Shown one piece after another: positions 50,998 to 61,126 of a stretch of DNA of 64,000 bases (within the stretch, counting starts at the first letter, position 1; each line of letters opens with the position of its first letter). Position numbers and translations under genes: made by a program. The stretch is from a bacterium (GTDB lineage Bacteria > SZUA-182 > DTGQ01), in NCBI GenBank assembly GCA_040752695.1, contig JBFMGO010000021.1, positions 1-64,000 of the forward strand, written 5' to 3'. The notes under the pieces are model-generated. The model had not been told where the DNA came from. It made no database searches and saw only the letters and a program-made list of their open reading frames with translations.

Positions 50998-52401
50998 ATG
51001 CCTCATGCTCACATCCTGATTATCGACGATGAGATGCGGATACGCTCTTCACTGGCTGGCATTTTAACGGATGAGGGCTATGAAATCTCCATGGCCGCGG
51101 ATGGTGAGGCAGGTCTGGAAAAAATCCGGAGCGACCCCCCTCCTGATCTGGTTTTATCCGATATCTGGATGCCGAAACTGGATGGGCTGGAGCTTTTGCA
51201 GAAAATCAAAGAGTCGGACCTGGATGTACCGGTCATCATGATCTCAGGGCACGGTAATATCGAAACGGCAGTGAAGGCTATTAAAATGGGTGCCTTCGAT
51301 TTTCTCGAAAAGCCGCTCTCATTGGAAAAGACCGTATTGATCGTAAAACATGCCCTGGACCAGCGAAGGCTTGAGACAGAGAACAAAAACCTGCGAATGC
51401 GCATTAACAAAAGGTATGAAATCATCGGGCATAGCCTGATGCTGAACGAATTGAGAAAGCAGGTTCAAATCGCGGCTCCGACCAATGGGCGGGTTCTGAT
51501 TTACGGTGAAAACGGGACGGGAAAGGAGCTTATCGCCCGTGAGATCCACGAAAAGAGCAAAAGAAAAGATAAACCCTTCGTTGGGGTGAACTGTGCAGCT
51601 ATCCCTGAAGACCTCATCGAGAGCGAGCTGTTCGGCCATGAGAGAGGAGCCTTTACCGGCGCTGCCAGCCGAAGGCAGGGGAAATTCGAACTGGCCGATG
51701 GCGGAACCCTGTTCCTGGATGAAGTGGGTGACATGAGCCTTAAAACCCAGGCCAAGCTGTTGCGGGTTCTGGAAGAAGAAGCAGTACAGCGCGTCGGCGG
51801 CGGAGAGCCGATAAAGGTGGACGTGCGCGTCATCGCTGCCTCGAATAAGAATTTAAAGGATGAGATCGATCGCGGAAACTTCAGGGAGGATCTCTACTAT
51901 CGGCTCAGTGTCATCCCTATCAAGGTGCCGAGCTTAAAAGAACGAAAAGAAGATGTTCCTTCATTGGTCGATCATTTTTTGAGAGAGTTTTGCGCAGAAA
52001 ACGGCAAAAAACTGAAAAAAATTACCTCCGAAGCCATGGAGCTTTTGAGCCGCTACGATTGGCCCGGCAATGTACGGGAATTGAAGAACCTGATTGAGCG
52101 GCTGGTGATCATGGTACCGGGAAACACCATTACCGTTATGGATATCCCCTTATCGCTCAGGGAAAAAAGTCAACCATCCCTGCGCGAGGCCAAGCAGGAA
52201 TTTGAAAAATATATCATCACTCAGACCCTTCGGGCTAACCGGGGTAATATTTCAAAGAGTGCCAAGATCTTGAAAATCGATCGCAGCCTTCTTTATCAGA
52301 AATTAAAAACGTATGGTCTTGAACCAAAAAATGAGTCCCCAGATATGAAGAATGGATCAGCAGATAACCAGCAGAGGAAAAGGTATGACGAATTTATGTA
52401 A
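50998..52401 (+). CDS. Sigma54-dependent response regulator (NtrC/NtrX family)
   Basis: Receiver (IDDE, DIWMP), [14 protein letters not shown] intact, WPGNVREL, Fis-type HTH. Confidence 0.93.
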   Translation: MPHAHILIIDDEMRIRSSLAGILTDEGYEISMAADGEAGLEKIRSDPPPDLVLSDIWMPKLDGLELLQKIKESDLDVPVIMISGHGNIETAVKAIKMGAFDFLEKPLSLEKTVLIVKHALDQRRLETENKNLRMRINKRYEIIGHSLMLNELRKQVQIAAPTNGRVLIYGENGTGKELIAREIHEKSKRKDKPFVGVNCAAIPEDLIESELFGHERGAFTGAASRRQGKFELADGGTLFLDEVGDMSLKTQAKLLRVLEEEAVQRVGGGEPIKVDVRVIAASNKNLKDEIDRGNFREDLYYRLSVIPIKVPSLKERKEDVPSLVDHFLREFCAENGKKLKKITSEAMELLSRYDWPGNVRELKNLIERLVIMVPGNTITVMDIPLSLREKSQPSLREAKQEFEKYIITQTLRANRGNISKSAKILKIDRSLLYQKLKTYGLEPKNESPDMKNGSADNQQRKRYDEFM

Positions 52402-52762
52402 CGAATTAAAACTCGGCCCCGGACAATTGATACCTGCGATTATCCAGGATGCTGAAAGTAAAGATATCTTAATGCTTGCCTACATGAATCCCGAGACATT
52501 GAGGTTGACAATTGAAACCGGTATTACACACTTTTGGAGCAGATCGAGAAATTGCCTCTGGAAAAAGGGTGAAACTTCCGGAAACACGCAGGAAGTGCTG
52601 GAAATTCTCTACGACTGCGATGTGGATACCCTCCTGATCAAGGTCAAACAAAATGGGCCTGCCTGCCACACGGGGTATCGAACCTGCTTCTATCGGCAAT
52701 ATCAGGGAGATGACAAAGAGCCCAAAATCGTTTCTCAACAGATAGCGTCGTCACATCCCTGA
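52385..52762 (+). CDS. hisI: Phosphoribosyl-AMP cyclohydrolase
   Basis: LMLAYMN, FWSRSR, KGETSGN, DCDVD, ACHTG..TCF. Confidence 0.95.
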   Translation: MTNLCNELKLGPGQLIPAIIQDAESKDILMLAYMNPETLRLTIETGITHFWSRSRNCLWKKGETSGNTQEVLEILYDCDVDTLLIKVKQNGPACHTGYRTCFYRQYQGDDKEPKIVSQQIASSHP

Positions 52763-52804
52763 CGTGTATACACCGGAACAGACAGAAGGTTAAGGTCGAA
52801 CTCC

Positions 52805-54106
52805 TTGAAGGAAAATCAATCGCTTATCTATCACAAGGAAGTACTGGATAATGGCCTTCGCGTGATTATGGTGGAAATGCCCCATCTTCATTCCGTCGAG
52901 ATCAGCCTGTATGTTAAGGCTGGTACCCGTTTTGAGAATGCCGGCAATAACGGCATCTCTCATTTCGTAGAGCATATGCTGTTCCGGGGAACGAAGAGCA
53001 TGCCAAGTTCCTATCTTCTGCACAGGCGCTTTGAATCCCTGGGTGGAGACATCAACGCGGTAACCGGTGTTGAGGATACCTGTTTTTGGCTCAGCATTCA
53101 TCCCCGCTACTTCGAAAAAGGACTGGCCTGTTTTTCCGAAATGTTCCTCTCTCCTCAATTCGCCAATATGGAGACGGAAAAGCAGATCGTCCTGGAAGAA
53201 ATTTTGAATGAAACCAATGAAAAAGGAGAGGACATCGATATCGACAACCTCTCCTCCAGGATGCTCTGGCCCGATGACAGTCTGGGATTTTCCACTCTGG
53301 GAACCAGGGAAAACATCATGCGTTTTACCGAGGAAGAGGTCAGGTCTTTTTTCCAGACTTATTATACGGCCTCCAATATCGTTCTGTGTATTGCGGGCAA
53401 GGCCAGCCATCAAAAGATCCTGGCTTGTGTCCGCAAATACTTTTCCGGGCTTCCCACAGGCAGGGAAATCGAGATCATAAGCCCAAAATCCTCTCAGAAA
53501 GCCGCTCAGGTCCTTTTCAAGAAAAATCCCGGCAGTCAGGCCAATGTACAGATTTGCTTTCGATCCGTGTCATACAATGCTCCTGACTACTATGCGACCT
53601 TACTTGTGCAAAGAATTATGGATTCTGGCAATTCCTCCCGGCTTCAATGGAATATCCGCGAAAAACAGGGGCTGGTATATGACATTTCCGCCAGTGTCTC
53701 CTCTTTCTATGATACCGGCACCTTTGATGTCGATTTTTCCGTAGCCCCTGAAAAAATCTCCCGTGTGGTGCAGGAGATATTCCGGGAAATTCAAAAATTG
53801 ACCCTGTCGCCCGTTTCCCTAGAGGAGTTTCAGCGGGCTAAGCGCCGGTATATGCTCGAATTCGACTTCGCACTGGACAACGTAGCCAAGATGGCTGATC
53901 GATTCGGCTGGATGGAACTTTTTCGTCAGGGTGAATCTCTGGAATCAGAGAGGGAAAAGATCAAGCGGGTGACCAGAGAAGAGGTGCTTTTGTGGTGCAG
54001 GGAGCATTTCGTTAACGCAGGACTCAATATTGTCGTCCTGGGCCAGTACTCGAAGGAAGAGGAGAGCATGGTCAGAACACTGGCCCAGGAATTTCCACTG
54101 TCATGA
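52805..54106 (+). CDS. Cytoplasmic M16 zinc peptidase
   Basis: LDNGLRV, GISHFVEHMLFRGT, SSRL..IREKQGLVY. Confidence 0.92.
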   Translation: MKENQSLIYHKEVLDNGLRVIMVEMPHLHSVEISLYVKAGTRFENAGNNGISHFVEHMLFRGTKSMPSSYLLHRRFESLGGDINAVTGVEDTCFWLSIHPRYFEKGLACFSEMFLSPQFANMETEKQIVLEEILNETNEKGEDIDIDNLSSRMLWPDDSLGFSTLGTRENIMRFTEEEVRSFFQTYYTASNIVLCIAGKASHQKILACVRKYFSGLPTGREIEIISPKSSQKAAQVLFKKNPGSQANVQICFRSVSYNAPDYYATLLVQRIMDSGNSSRLQWNIREKQGLVYDISASVSSFYDTGTFDVDFSVAPEKISRVVQEIFREIQKLTLSPVSLEEFQRAKRRYMLEFDFALDNVAKMADRFGWMELFRQGESLESEREKIKRVTREEVLLWCREHFVNAGLNIVVLGQYSKEEESMVRTLAQEFPLS

Positions 54107-54116
54107 GATGAGGATA

Positions 54117-54830
54117 TTACGAAATACCCAGGATTGGAGCGATAACGATAGGAATAAAATTGGTGAGAAAATGCAAAACGATGACCATAGCCAGACTCTT
54201 CTTCCATAAAAACAGCAGGGAAAACACCAGGCCGATGTAACCTACAGCCATCATGCCCGCTGCACCTTCATAAGCGTGGCCTATCGTAAAAAGAAGGGTG
54301 GAGAGAAGAACGCTGATCAAGGGGTTTTCCGTAATCTCCTCAAGCCGGGTGATCAGATAGCCGCGAAAGATAATTTCTTCGGCAAAAGCCACCACCAGCA
54401 CCAGGACTCCGCCCAAAACGATTTCCCAGATACCCGTGGGCATTAAAGACAGGGGGACCTCCTCAATATGGCTCAAGCCCGCATGGGTGAAAAAATCCAG
54501 TATTTCCCCAACTGAAAAGTAAAAGAGGGGGAAGGTCACTATTCCCCAGAAGACATGCTTTTTAAGGTCCTTCCTGGTCCATCCGATCAGAGAAGGTTGC
54601 TCTCCCCTCAGCGTCAGGATAAAAAAGATGAGAGCCGTAAGGCCCAGGTTTCGAAAAATAGTAATCAAAGCAGTGATGGAAAAGGGGCAACTGTCCGGAC
54701 AAAAGAATACAGCCGGAAAAAGCAAAGAAGCAAAAGTGATTGACAGAAAGAACATGAGTTCGCGGAGCTTGCTTCTCCTGGGATCGTTTTGGAACTCTTC
54801 ATGCACCTTTTGAATAACCTCCTTGTACAT
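54117..54830 (-). CDS. CPBP/Abi intramembrane glutamic protease
   Basis: AEEIIFRG, FTIGH, LHFLTN. Confidence 0.9.
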   Translation of the reverse strand: MYKEVIQKVHEEFQNDPRRSKLRELMFFLSITFASLLFPAVFFCPDSCPFSITALITIFRNLGLTALIFFILTLRGEQPSLIGWTRKDLKKHVFWGIVTFPLFYFSVGEILDFFTHAGLSHIEEVPLSLMPTGIWEIVLGGVLVLVVAFAEEIIFRGYLITRLEEITENPLISVLLSTLLFTIGHAYEGAAGMMAVGYIGLVFSLLFLWKKSLAMVIVLHFLTNFIPIVIAPILGIS

Positions 54831-54918
54831 ACATCCATTTTTCTGACCATGGTATAGGTATAGTATAGGAAAAGATGCCTTTTGTCCACTTTTTACATCT
54901 TTGACTTGCCTGGCAATC

Positions 54919-54970
54919 TTTGACTTTGTGTGGTAATATATTCATTTGACCTTGTGTGGTAATATGTTCA
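54919..54970. repeat. 26-nt tandem repeat (24/26 identical) in divergent promoter region
   Basis: tttgactttgtgtggtaatatattca / tttgaccttgtgtggtaatatgttca. Confidence 0.85.
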
Positions 54971-55086
54971 ACTGTTCACTGCCGATTATACACCATAAGA
55001 CATGAAAGATAGGTCGGCGGGAGCGGAAAATACTTTGCTGGAGCCTTACGAGAAGAAGGTATGCAAACCGGGATGGAGACGTTATC

Positions 55087-56160
55087 ATGAAGTGGTCTTT
55101 CCAGGTTGGAAAATTTTTCGGAATTCCTCTAAAAATACATGTTACTTTTTGGCTGCTCTTGTTATTCGTGGCCTTGAGCTCAGGAAAGCAGGCAGGGGTG
55201 CAGGGAGGAGTGCATGGGGTGATTTTCGTAGCGTTGCTCTTTGCCTGTGTGGTGCTTCACGAGCTTGGCCATAGTGTTGTAGCCCAGCGGCTCGGGATTA
55301 GAGTCCGGGATATCATTCTCTTGCCCATTGGCGGCATTTCCCAGATGGAGAAGATCCCGGACGAGCCAAAGAGTGAACTTTTTATTTCCGCTATCGGTCC
55401 GGTGATCAGCCTGACCCTGGCCCTCCTTTTCTTTGCCGTGGCCCGGCTTTTGGGGCTCAGCACCGCCATACCTCAAGGCTCTCTTTTGGATGGGAATGTC
55501 CTGGTGGGTCTTTTCTGGATTAATCTTATCCTGGGGATTTTTAACCTTTTGCCTGCCTTCCCCATGGACGGAGGGAGAGTATTGCGGGCCCTTCTGGCCC
55601 TGCGGATGGAATATATCCAGGCCACCCATATCGCGGTAAGTGTGGGGCAGGTGTTCGCCATTTTCTTCTTCTTTTACGGACTGTTCTATAACTTCTGGCT
55701 GGCCTTGATAGGCATCTTTATCTATATGGGAGCAGAGGGTGAGGAGCATGAGACTATCTTACGCAGATCGTTAAGAAGAATACCGGTAGGGCAGGCCATC
55801 ATTACCAATTTTAATAAGCTCTCGCCGGATGACAACCTGCAAGATGCCATGGATATCGCCTGTCATAGCCTTCAAATGGATTTTCCCGTCATGCGTGACG
55901 GGGAACTCATCGGTATACTGCCAAAAGAGCAATTCCTGAAAGCCATGAGGGATTACTCAATGGATACCCCCATCAGAAGTGTCATGAGCACCGATTATAT
56001 TACCATCTCGGACACAGAACCCCTTGGAGATGCTTATTCCAGAATCAATGAAGTGAAAGGCGGCTTCGTACCGGTAATGCACGGTCAGACCCTCTTAGGA
56101 TTCATCAATATGGAGCAAATCGGCAAGTACCACATGCTCTGCGGAATGGGCAAACGATAA
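55087..56160 (+). CDS. Site-2 (M50) protease with CBS domains
   Basis: LHELGH, LLPIGG, NLLPAFPMDGGR, two CBS domains. Confidence 0.93.
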   Translation: MKWSFQVGKFFGIPLKIHVTFWLLLLFVALSSGKQAGVQGGVHGVIFVALLFACVVLHELGHSVVAQRLGIRVRDIILLPIGGISQMEKIPDEPKSELFISAIGPVISLTLALLFFAVARLLGLSTAIPQGSLLDGNVLVGLFWINLILGIFNLLPAFPMDGGRVLRALLALRMEYIQATHIAVSVGQVFAIFFFFYGLFYNFWLALIGIFIYMGAEGEEHETILRRSLRRIPVGQAIITNFNKLSPDDNLQDAMDIACHSLQMDFPVMRDGELIGILPKEQFLKAMRDYSMDTPIRSVMSTDYITISDTEPLGDAYSRINEVKGGFVPVMHGQTLLGFINMEQIGKYHMLCGMGKR

Positions 56161-56212
56161 GGGTACCCCTGTCACAAAAAAACGTTATTAATCATATGGC
56201 AAAAAGGCATCA

Positions 56213-56256
56213 GCCGCAGTGTTGGCAAAGGGCGCATGGCGTGCCAATACTGCGGC
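56213..56256. terminator. 15-bp hairpin between convergent genes
   Basis: gccgcagtgttggca / tgccaatactgcggc. Confidence 0.55.
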
Positions 56257-56280
56257 CTGACTGGAAATTGCTAAAATCTG

Positions 56281-57264
56281 CTACCAGAGAGGAAATTGGG
56301 AGCCATAGCTGAAGGGAGTTGAATACGTTTGGAATCCATAGCTGAAAGGGGTGCTGAAATTGCTTCCAAGGCCAAATCCGCCTGAAAATGTACTGCCGGT
56401 CCATCCGAAATTATTATAAGACGGGCTGAATAATCCAGTCCCCAAACCGGTGAATCCACCCAATCCGCCGCTGAGAGGGAACGTGGTGGCAAGACCAAAT
56501 AATGTTGTATTATAACTAAAGGTGAATGGGTTACTATAACCAAAGTTAAAGGTATTTCCCAGGCCATACCCGCCTGGATAGGTCATGGAGCCGCCGTAGT
56601 TCCCGTAAGATGGGGCATATGATCCATAGCCAGGGAGAGAAGGAGTATAAGGAATTGAAGGAGTGACATAAGGGGTATAAGGAGTGGTAGGCGTGTAGGG
56701 CGTGTAAGGCGTATAAGGAGTATAGGGATTATAAGGAGTAGTAGGTGTAGTAGGTGTCGTCGGGGTAGTGGGTGTAGTAGGAGTAGTGGGAGTGGTAGGA
56801 GTGGTGGAAGTGATAATCCCTCCTGCCGTGGTAGACAGGCCGGTCAGGTCATCAACCAGGTCGACCAGAGTAAGGGTGGTAGGCTCACATGTGAGCATGG
56901 TAAAAGTCAATGATACCACATTACCGCTGACTCCTGCAGCAATGCCGGCTCCTGTATCGAGCCCGCCAACCTGCAGAATGCCGCCTGGACGCTGCCCGAC
57001 ATCGAACATGGTAAAACCCTGAGTCAGGTTCCCCCTCGTGAATTGATGATACATAAGGACATTTTCATCATAGCTGATTTTAAATCCAAGGCTGCTTACG
57101 TTATGAGGAGCACTACTCAGAGAAACCGTGAACGTTACTTCTCCTCCTGTGCTAGGACAGGGCTGGCTATTGATAGCCAGGTTGCTGGCTGCGGCAAACA
57201 CTAGAGAAGACACGCAAAGAGCTGTAATGAACGAGATACTGCCTACGACATGCTTTTTTTTCAC
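56281..57264 (-). CDS. Secreted cohesin-like domain protein with (TPT)n/(TPY)n linker and G/F/Y/S-rich tail
   Basis: GTG 57264 with GGAGG; signal peptide; VTFTVSL..VSSLGFKISYDENVL..RGNLT..VSLTF (cohesin-like). Confidence 0.75.
   Translation of the reverse strand: MKKKHVVGSISFITALCVSSLVFAAASNLAINSQPCPSTGGEVTFTVSLSSAPHNVSSLGFKISYDENVLMYHQFTRGNLTQGFTMFDVGQRPGGILQVGGLDTGAGIAAGVSGNVVSLTFTMLTCEPTTLTLVDLVDDLTGLSTTAGGIITSTTPTTPTTPTTPTTPTTPTTPTTPYNPYTPYTPYTPYTPTTPYTPYVTPSIPYTPSLPGYGSYAPSYGNYGGSMTYPGGYGLGNTFNFGYSNPFTFSYNTTLFGLATTFPLSGGLGGFTGLGTGLFSPSYNNFGWTGSTFSGGFGLGSNFSTPFSYGFQTYSTPFSYGSQFPLW
56640..56810 (-). repeat. 9-nt coding repeats, (TPT)n grading into (TPY)n
   Basis: TTPTTPTTPTTPTTPTTPTTPTTPYNPYTPYTPYTPYTPTTPYTPY. 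Confidence 0.85.
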
Positions 57265-57598
57265 TTTCCTAAACCTCCATATTAATTTAAACAAGATGGC
57301 TACTGATATGAGCGGTGATTAAAGAAGATATTACCCTATCCTGGACGCTTCCCCTTCTCGAAAAAATCTCCCTCCAGGAAGAGACATTCAGTATAATTAT
57401 AACATTTATCCTTATCTATTTACCATTGATTTTTCACCTTTTCAGGAGATTTTTATTGCCGTAGGGCTTTAATTTCGGGTTCCTCCTGATATTTTTTCAC
57501 CGGTTATCACCTGTTTTCCTTATCACTCTTATCACCGTCACCGGCATCACCTGCCACTAAGCACCATAACCTTACCACCACCTTTGTTATTTCTCTCG

Positions 57599-60466
57599 TC
57601 ATCGTGCCTGTTGCCCTTCGATTTCGCCTATTTTCTCAAGGAGGGACCGTGCCTCCTGGTTATCCGGCTGGAGGCGGACACTTTCTATCATCTCATCATA
57701 GGCAGATCGATAGAGGCCCTGCCGGAAATAGGCTGCACCGAGCCGGTAGTGCAGGGCTGGATTTTCCGGGTCAAGATCGCTGGCCTTTTGCCAGGCGGTG
57801 ACAGCCTTTGCATCCTCCCCTCTTTGAGAGAAGGCCAGGCCGATATTGAAAAGATGGGTGGAAAGGTCAATGCCTTTTCCGGCCAGGGCTATCTTCCACT
57901 CTTCCAGAGCCTTGTCAATGAGATTTCTTTCGAAATAGGCATTGCCAAGGTTAAGATGCGCTCCCGGAAGATCGGTCTTCAGGGAAAGGGCTTTTTCGAA
58001 GGAGTGGATGGCCTGATCGGTTTGCCCAAGGCCCTGCTGGGCCTTTCCCAGTGAGTAATAGGCTAAAGGATCATCGGGGCGCAAGGTGACTACTTTCGAA
58101 AAAGCGGGCAATGCCGATGGGAAGTCCCCCTTCTCCAGATATAAAAGTCCGAGCTGGCTGTAGCCATCTGCATCATCCCGGTCCATCTCGATCGCCCGGC
58201 CAAAGATATCCTTAGCCAGATCATAGTCTTTCAGGCCGCAATAGGCCATCCCCAGGTTAATCATGGCATTTTTGTACCCTGGCCGGAGCGTTACGGCCTT
58301 TTTAAGCTCAAAAAGAGCATCCTGAAGTCGCCCCTGGTTCAGGTAAACACATCCCAGGTTATTATGTGCTTCGGGGTTATTCGGATCAAGAAAGATGGCT
58401 TTTTGGCAGTACTGGCTGGCAAGCTCTGGTTTCCCCTGGCTGTTGTAGACTAATCCTAAGTTTTGGTAGGCGCTAGGGTGGTTGGGATCGATCCTGATTG
58501 CAGCTTCGAAATGGGCAGCGGCCTTGTCGAAATTTGCCCCGTTCAAGAACAGGTTCCCTGCCTGGTTGTGGGCATCGAGGTAGTTGGGGTCAAGTTGCAG
58601 GGCCTGTTCTACTGCGGCCATGGCTTCATCCTTTTTACCCATCTTATCATAGGTAAGGCTCAGGTTATAGTGGATTTCAGGATATCCGGCCCAGGTCAGA
58701 GCAAGCCTGAACTCTGCCAGAGCCAGATCGTAACTTCCCTTTTGGTAATAAATCAGGCCAAGCTGGTTGTGGGCATCTATCTCGTCAGGATTAAGGCTCA
58801 ATGCCTTCTTGAATTCATATTCAGCCGGATCCGTCAGCTTCTTCTCCTGATAGACGCGGCCCAGATTAAGGTGAGCCGAAACATTGTCCGGGTTAATCTG
58901 AATGATCTTCTGGAAGCAGAGCATGGCCTGATCGTAAAGGTGAGCGTATAGATAGGAAATGCCCTGGTCCAGATAATCGATAAGAAAGATCATTTCCTTG
59001 GGGTCCTGACCACCCCCCTCTTTTACCTCACTCCCCTTTGGTCTTGTCCATACGTATCCCAGGCTTCGCAGCCGGTCCTGAACATCCCTGCTCATCTGAA
59101 CCTGTTTGACTGATTCATGATCTGGCGCATAGGATTTTTTCAATTTCTCAAGGTCATCCTTTAACTGGCTATGGATTTTTGCCTCTTTCTCATTGCAGGC
59201 TTTTGTATCCTTCACAGCGCAGGCTCTTGCCTCTTTCCCGATCAGGTTCTTTTTCTCACCGGGATCAATGGCGAGACGATAAACTTCGGGGTGAGGTGCC
59301 TGTATATATTTCCAATCTTTTTTGCGCACGCCTTCGAGCCTGCTCCAGCCGAAATTGAGTTTCGGACTGAGGCTTTCTAAGAGTATCTCCTGATGGATTT
59401 CCCTGCTCTTGCCGTACATCAGGGGCAATAGACTTTTTCCGGCAAGGTCAGGAGGCTGTTTAATATCGAAAAGGTCACAAACCGCAGGGAGGATATCCAG
59501 GTTGCTGACCAGTGCCTGAATCTTTTTCCCCCTGGGGAAAAGGCCATTTGGCCCTTTGATGATCAGAGGAATCCTGAGAGTTGATTCGTAAATGAAAATG
59601 GCATGGGTGGCTTCCCCGTGCTCTCCCAGGCTCTCCCCATGATCTGCGGTCAGGATGATGATTGTCCGGTTAGTCAGCCCCAAAAGGTCCAGTCCTTTTA
59701 TTAAATCGCCAAGGCACTGATCGGTATAGGCGATTTCTCCATCATAGGGGCATTTTTGATAGTCCCGGGCAAAGGGAAAAGGGGGCGAGTAAGCGGCGTG
59801 GGGGTCGAAGTAATGGAGCCAGAGAAAGAATCGCCGGTCGCCGTTTTCCTTCAGCCAGTCGAGTCCAAGACGGGTGATTTCTCCGGCATTGCGCTCGTTG
59901 TAGAGGATATCCGTCGGCTTTCCCCGCACAGGAAGCTTATCCTCGTAGAAATCGAAGCCCTGGTCCAGCCCGAAAATGGAGTTAAGAACAAACGATCCTA
60001 TACAGGCACCTGTCCGGCAGCCATTTTCCTTCAGGATTTCGGCCAGGGTGCGGGCTTTGTTTTCAAGAATGAAGTTGCCGTTATTGCGTACACCGTGCTG
60101 AATGGGGTACTGACCGGTCATGATGGAGGAGTGTGCAGGCAGGGTGATTGGGACAGGAGTGACGGCTTGAGTGAACAGCACGCCTTGAGCGGCCAGGGCA
60201 TCCAGGTTAGGTGTTTTTACCTTTTCGTATCCATAGCACCCCAGATGATCGGCTCTTAAGGTATCGATCGTGATGAGCAGTACATTATAATCCTTGTAAT
60301 CCTTTTCCTTTGGCCCGGCCCGAAGGGCACAGGCCGGGCTGATCTGGAAAAGTGACCAGGTCAGGAGTAAAGTAATTGCCATGTCAAAGAGATAACGCTT
60401 CGTAAGGCAAGTCATGAGGTACATTTTTGCGTGAGTCCTTCCGGTTCTTTGGCTTTTTTGCGGCAT
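57599..60466 (-). CDS. Sulfatase-fold (alkaline phosphatase superfamily) protein with C-terminal TPRs
   Basis: NVLLITIDTLRADHLGCYG, ITLPAHSSIMTG, HYFDPH, YDGEI, TADHGE, LRSLGY; many TPRs. Confidence 0.88.
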   Translation of the reverse strand: MPQKSQRTGRTHAKMYLMTCLTKRYLFDMAITLLLTWSLFQISPACALRAGPKEKDYKDYNVLLITIDTLRADHLGCYGYEKVKTPNLDALAAQGVLFTQAVTPVPITLPAHSSIMTGQYPIQHGVRNNGNFILENKARTLAEILKENGCRTGACIGSFVLNSIFGLDQGFDFYEDKLPVRGKPTDILYNERNAGEITRLGLDWLKENGDRRFFLWLHYFDPHAAYSPPFPFARDYQKCPYDGEIAYTDQCLGDLIKGLDLLGLTNRTIIILTADHGESLGEHGEATHAIFIYESTLRIPLIIKGPNGLFPRGKKIQALVSNLDILPAVCDLFDIKQPPDLAGKSLLPLMYGKSREIHQEILLESLSPKLNFGWSRLEGVRKKDWKYIQAPHPEVYRLAIDPGEKKNLIGKEARACAVKDTKACNEKEAKIHSQLKDDLEKLKKSYAPDHESVKQVQMSRDVQDRLRSLGYVWTRPKGSEVKEGGGQDPKEMIFLIDYLDQGISYLYAHLYDQAMLCFQKIIQINPDNVSAHLNLGRVYQEKKLTDPAEYEFKKALSLNPDEIDAHNQLGLIYYQKGSYDLALAEFRLALTWAGYPEIHYNLSLTYDKMGKKDEAMAAVEQALQLDPNYLDAHNQAGNLFLNGANFDKAAAHFEAAIRIDPNHPSAYQNLGLVYNSQGKPELASQYCQKAIFLDPNNPEAHNNLGCVYLNQGRLQDALFELKKAVTLRPGYKNAMINLGMAYCGLKDYDLAKDIFGRAIEMDRDDADGYSQLGLLYLEKGDFPSALPAFSKVVTLRPDDPLAYYSLGKAQQGLGQTDQAIHSFEKALSLKTDLPGAHLNLGNAYFERNLIDKALEEWKIALAGKGIDLSTHLFNIGLAFSQRGEDAKAVTAWQKASDLDPENPALHYRLGAAYFRQGLYRSAYDEMIESVRLQPDNQEARSLLEKIGEIEGQQAR

Positions 60467-60478
60467 TTGGTTTTTCCC

Positions 60479-60997
60479 TTACTGTTGCGGGGAAAGAAAA
60501 TTATCCATGATGAAATAGATAATTGATTCTTGAGGAGACACACCGATGTTGGCTGCATAGTTATAAAGATTCGCTCCGATATAATCGGCTGTCTGATCGT
60601 ATATATAAAGAAAAGGTGTCTGACTGGCCAGTTCATAAAAGTGAAGGGCATAGTTCAGGTAGTTATACATTTCATTCAGTTGCATTATGGGATTATAAAA
60701 CGTATAGGAATTCAGTGCTGAATAAGAAGGAGCATAGGCTGACAGCGGAGAAAAGAGTGATCCATTTCCATAGTATCCCCCAAGAAAAGGATTAGCGAAA
60801 TTTAAGCCTGTAAAACCTGCCCAAGAGCTGTAATAAGGAAGGAACAGCCCGCTGAAGGGGTAATTTCCATACAGATAGGGTGAATAGATCCCTTGAGCTT
60901 GAGCTAATGTGAAATAGACACTGACTATGATTCCCCCCGCCAAAAGCCCGGCAAGTGCCCTGGCAACTATAGACTGCATTAAGGATTTCAATTTCAT
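60479..60997 (-). CDS. Hypothetical secreted Tyr-rich protein
   Basis: ATG 60997 with AAGGAGGT; signal LAQA|QGI; Y/F/G/S/N-rich. Confidence 0.75.
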   Translation of the reverse strand: MKLKSLMQSIVARALAGLLAGGIIVSVYFTLAQAQGIYSPYLYGNYPFSGLFLPYYSSWAGFTGLNFANPFLGGYYGNGSLFSPLSAYAPSYSALNSYTFYNPIMQLNEMYNYLNYALHFYELASQTPFLYIYDQTADYIGANLYNYAANIGVSPQESIIYFIMDNFLSPQQ

Positions 60998-61046
60998 ACC
61001 TCCTTTAGAAGAATGTTGGCCTTGGTTTTCCCCCCACCCGAAAGGA

Positions 61047-61126
61047 AGCAAGGAGGAGGACCGGCAGGTGAGGAAAGTGCTCTGACCCTTTTGCCCTTTT
61101 TCCTCACCCACCGTATCCCCCTTGCT
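61047..61126 (-). other. Long imperfect intergenic hairpin
   Basis: agcaagg/ccttgct and ggtgaggaaa/tttcctcacc nested arms. Confidence 0.55.

Noticed and set aside
54919..54970. 26-nt repeats as a CRISPR mini-array (also 48467-48521)
   Set aside because: Copies abut or are 3 nt apart, with no spacers and no cas genes
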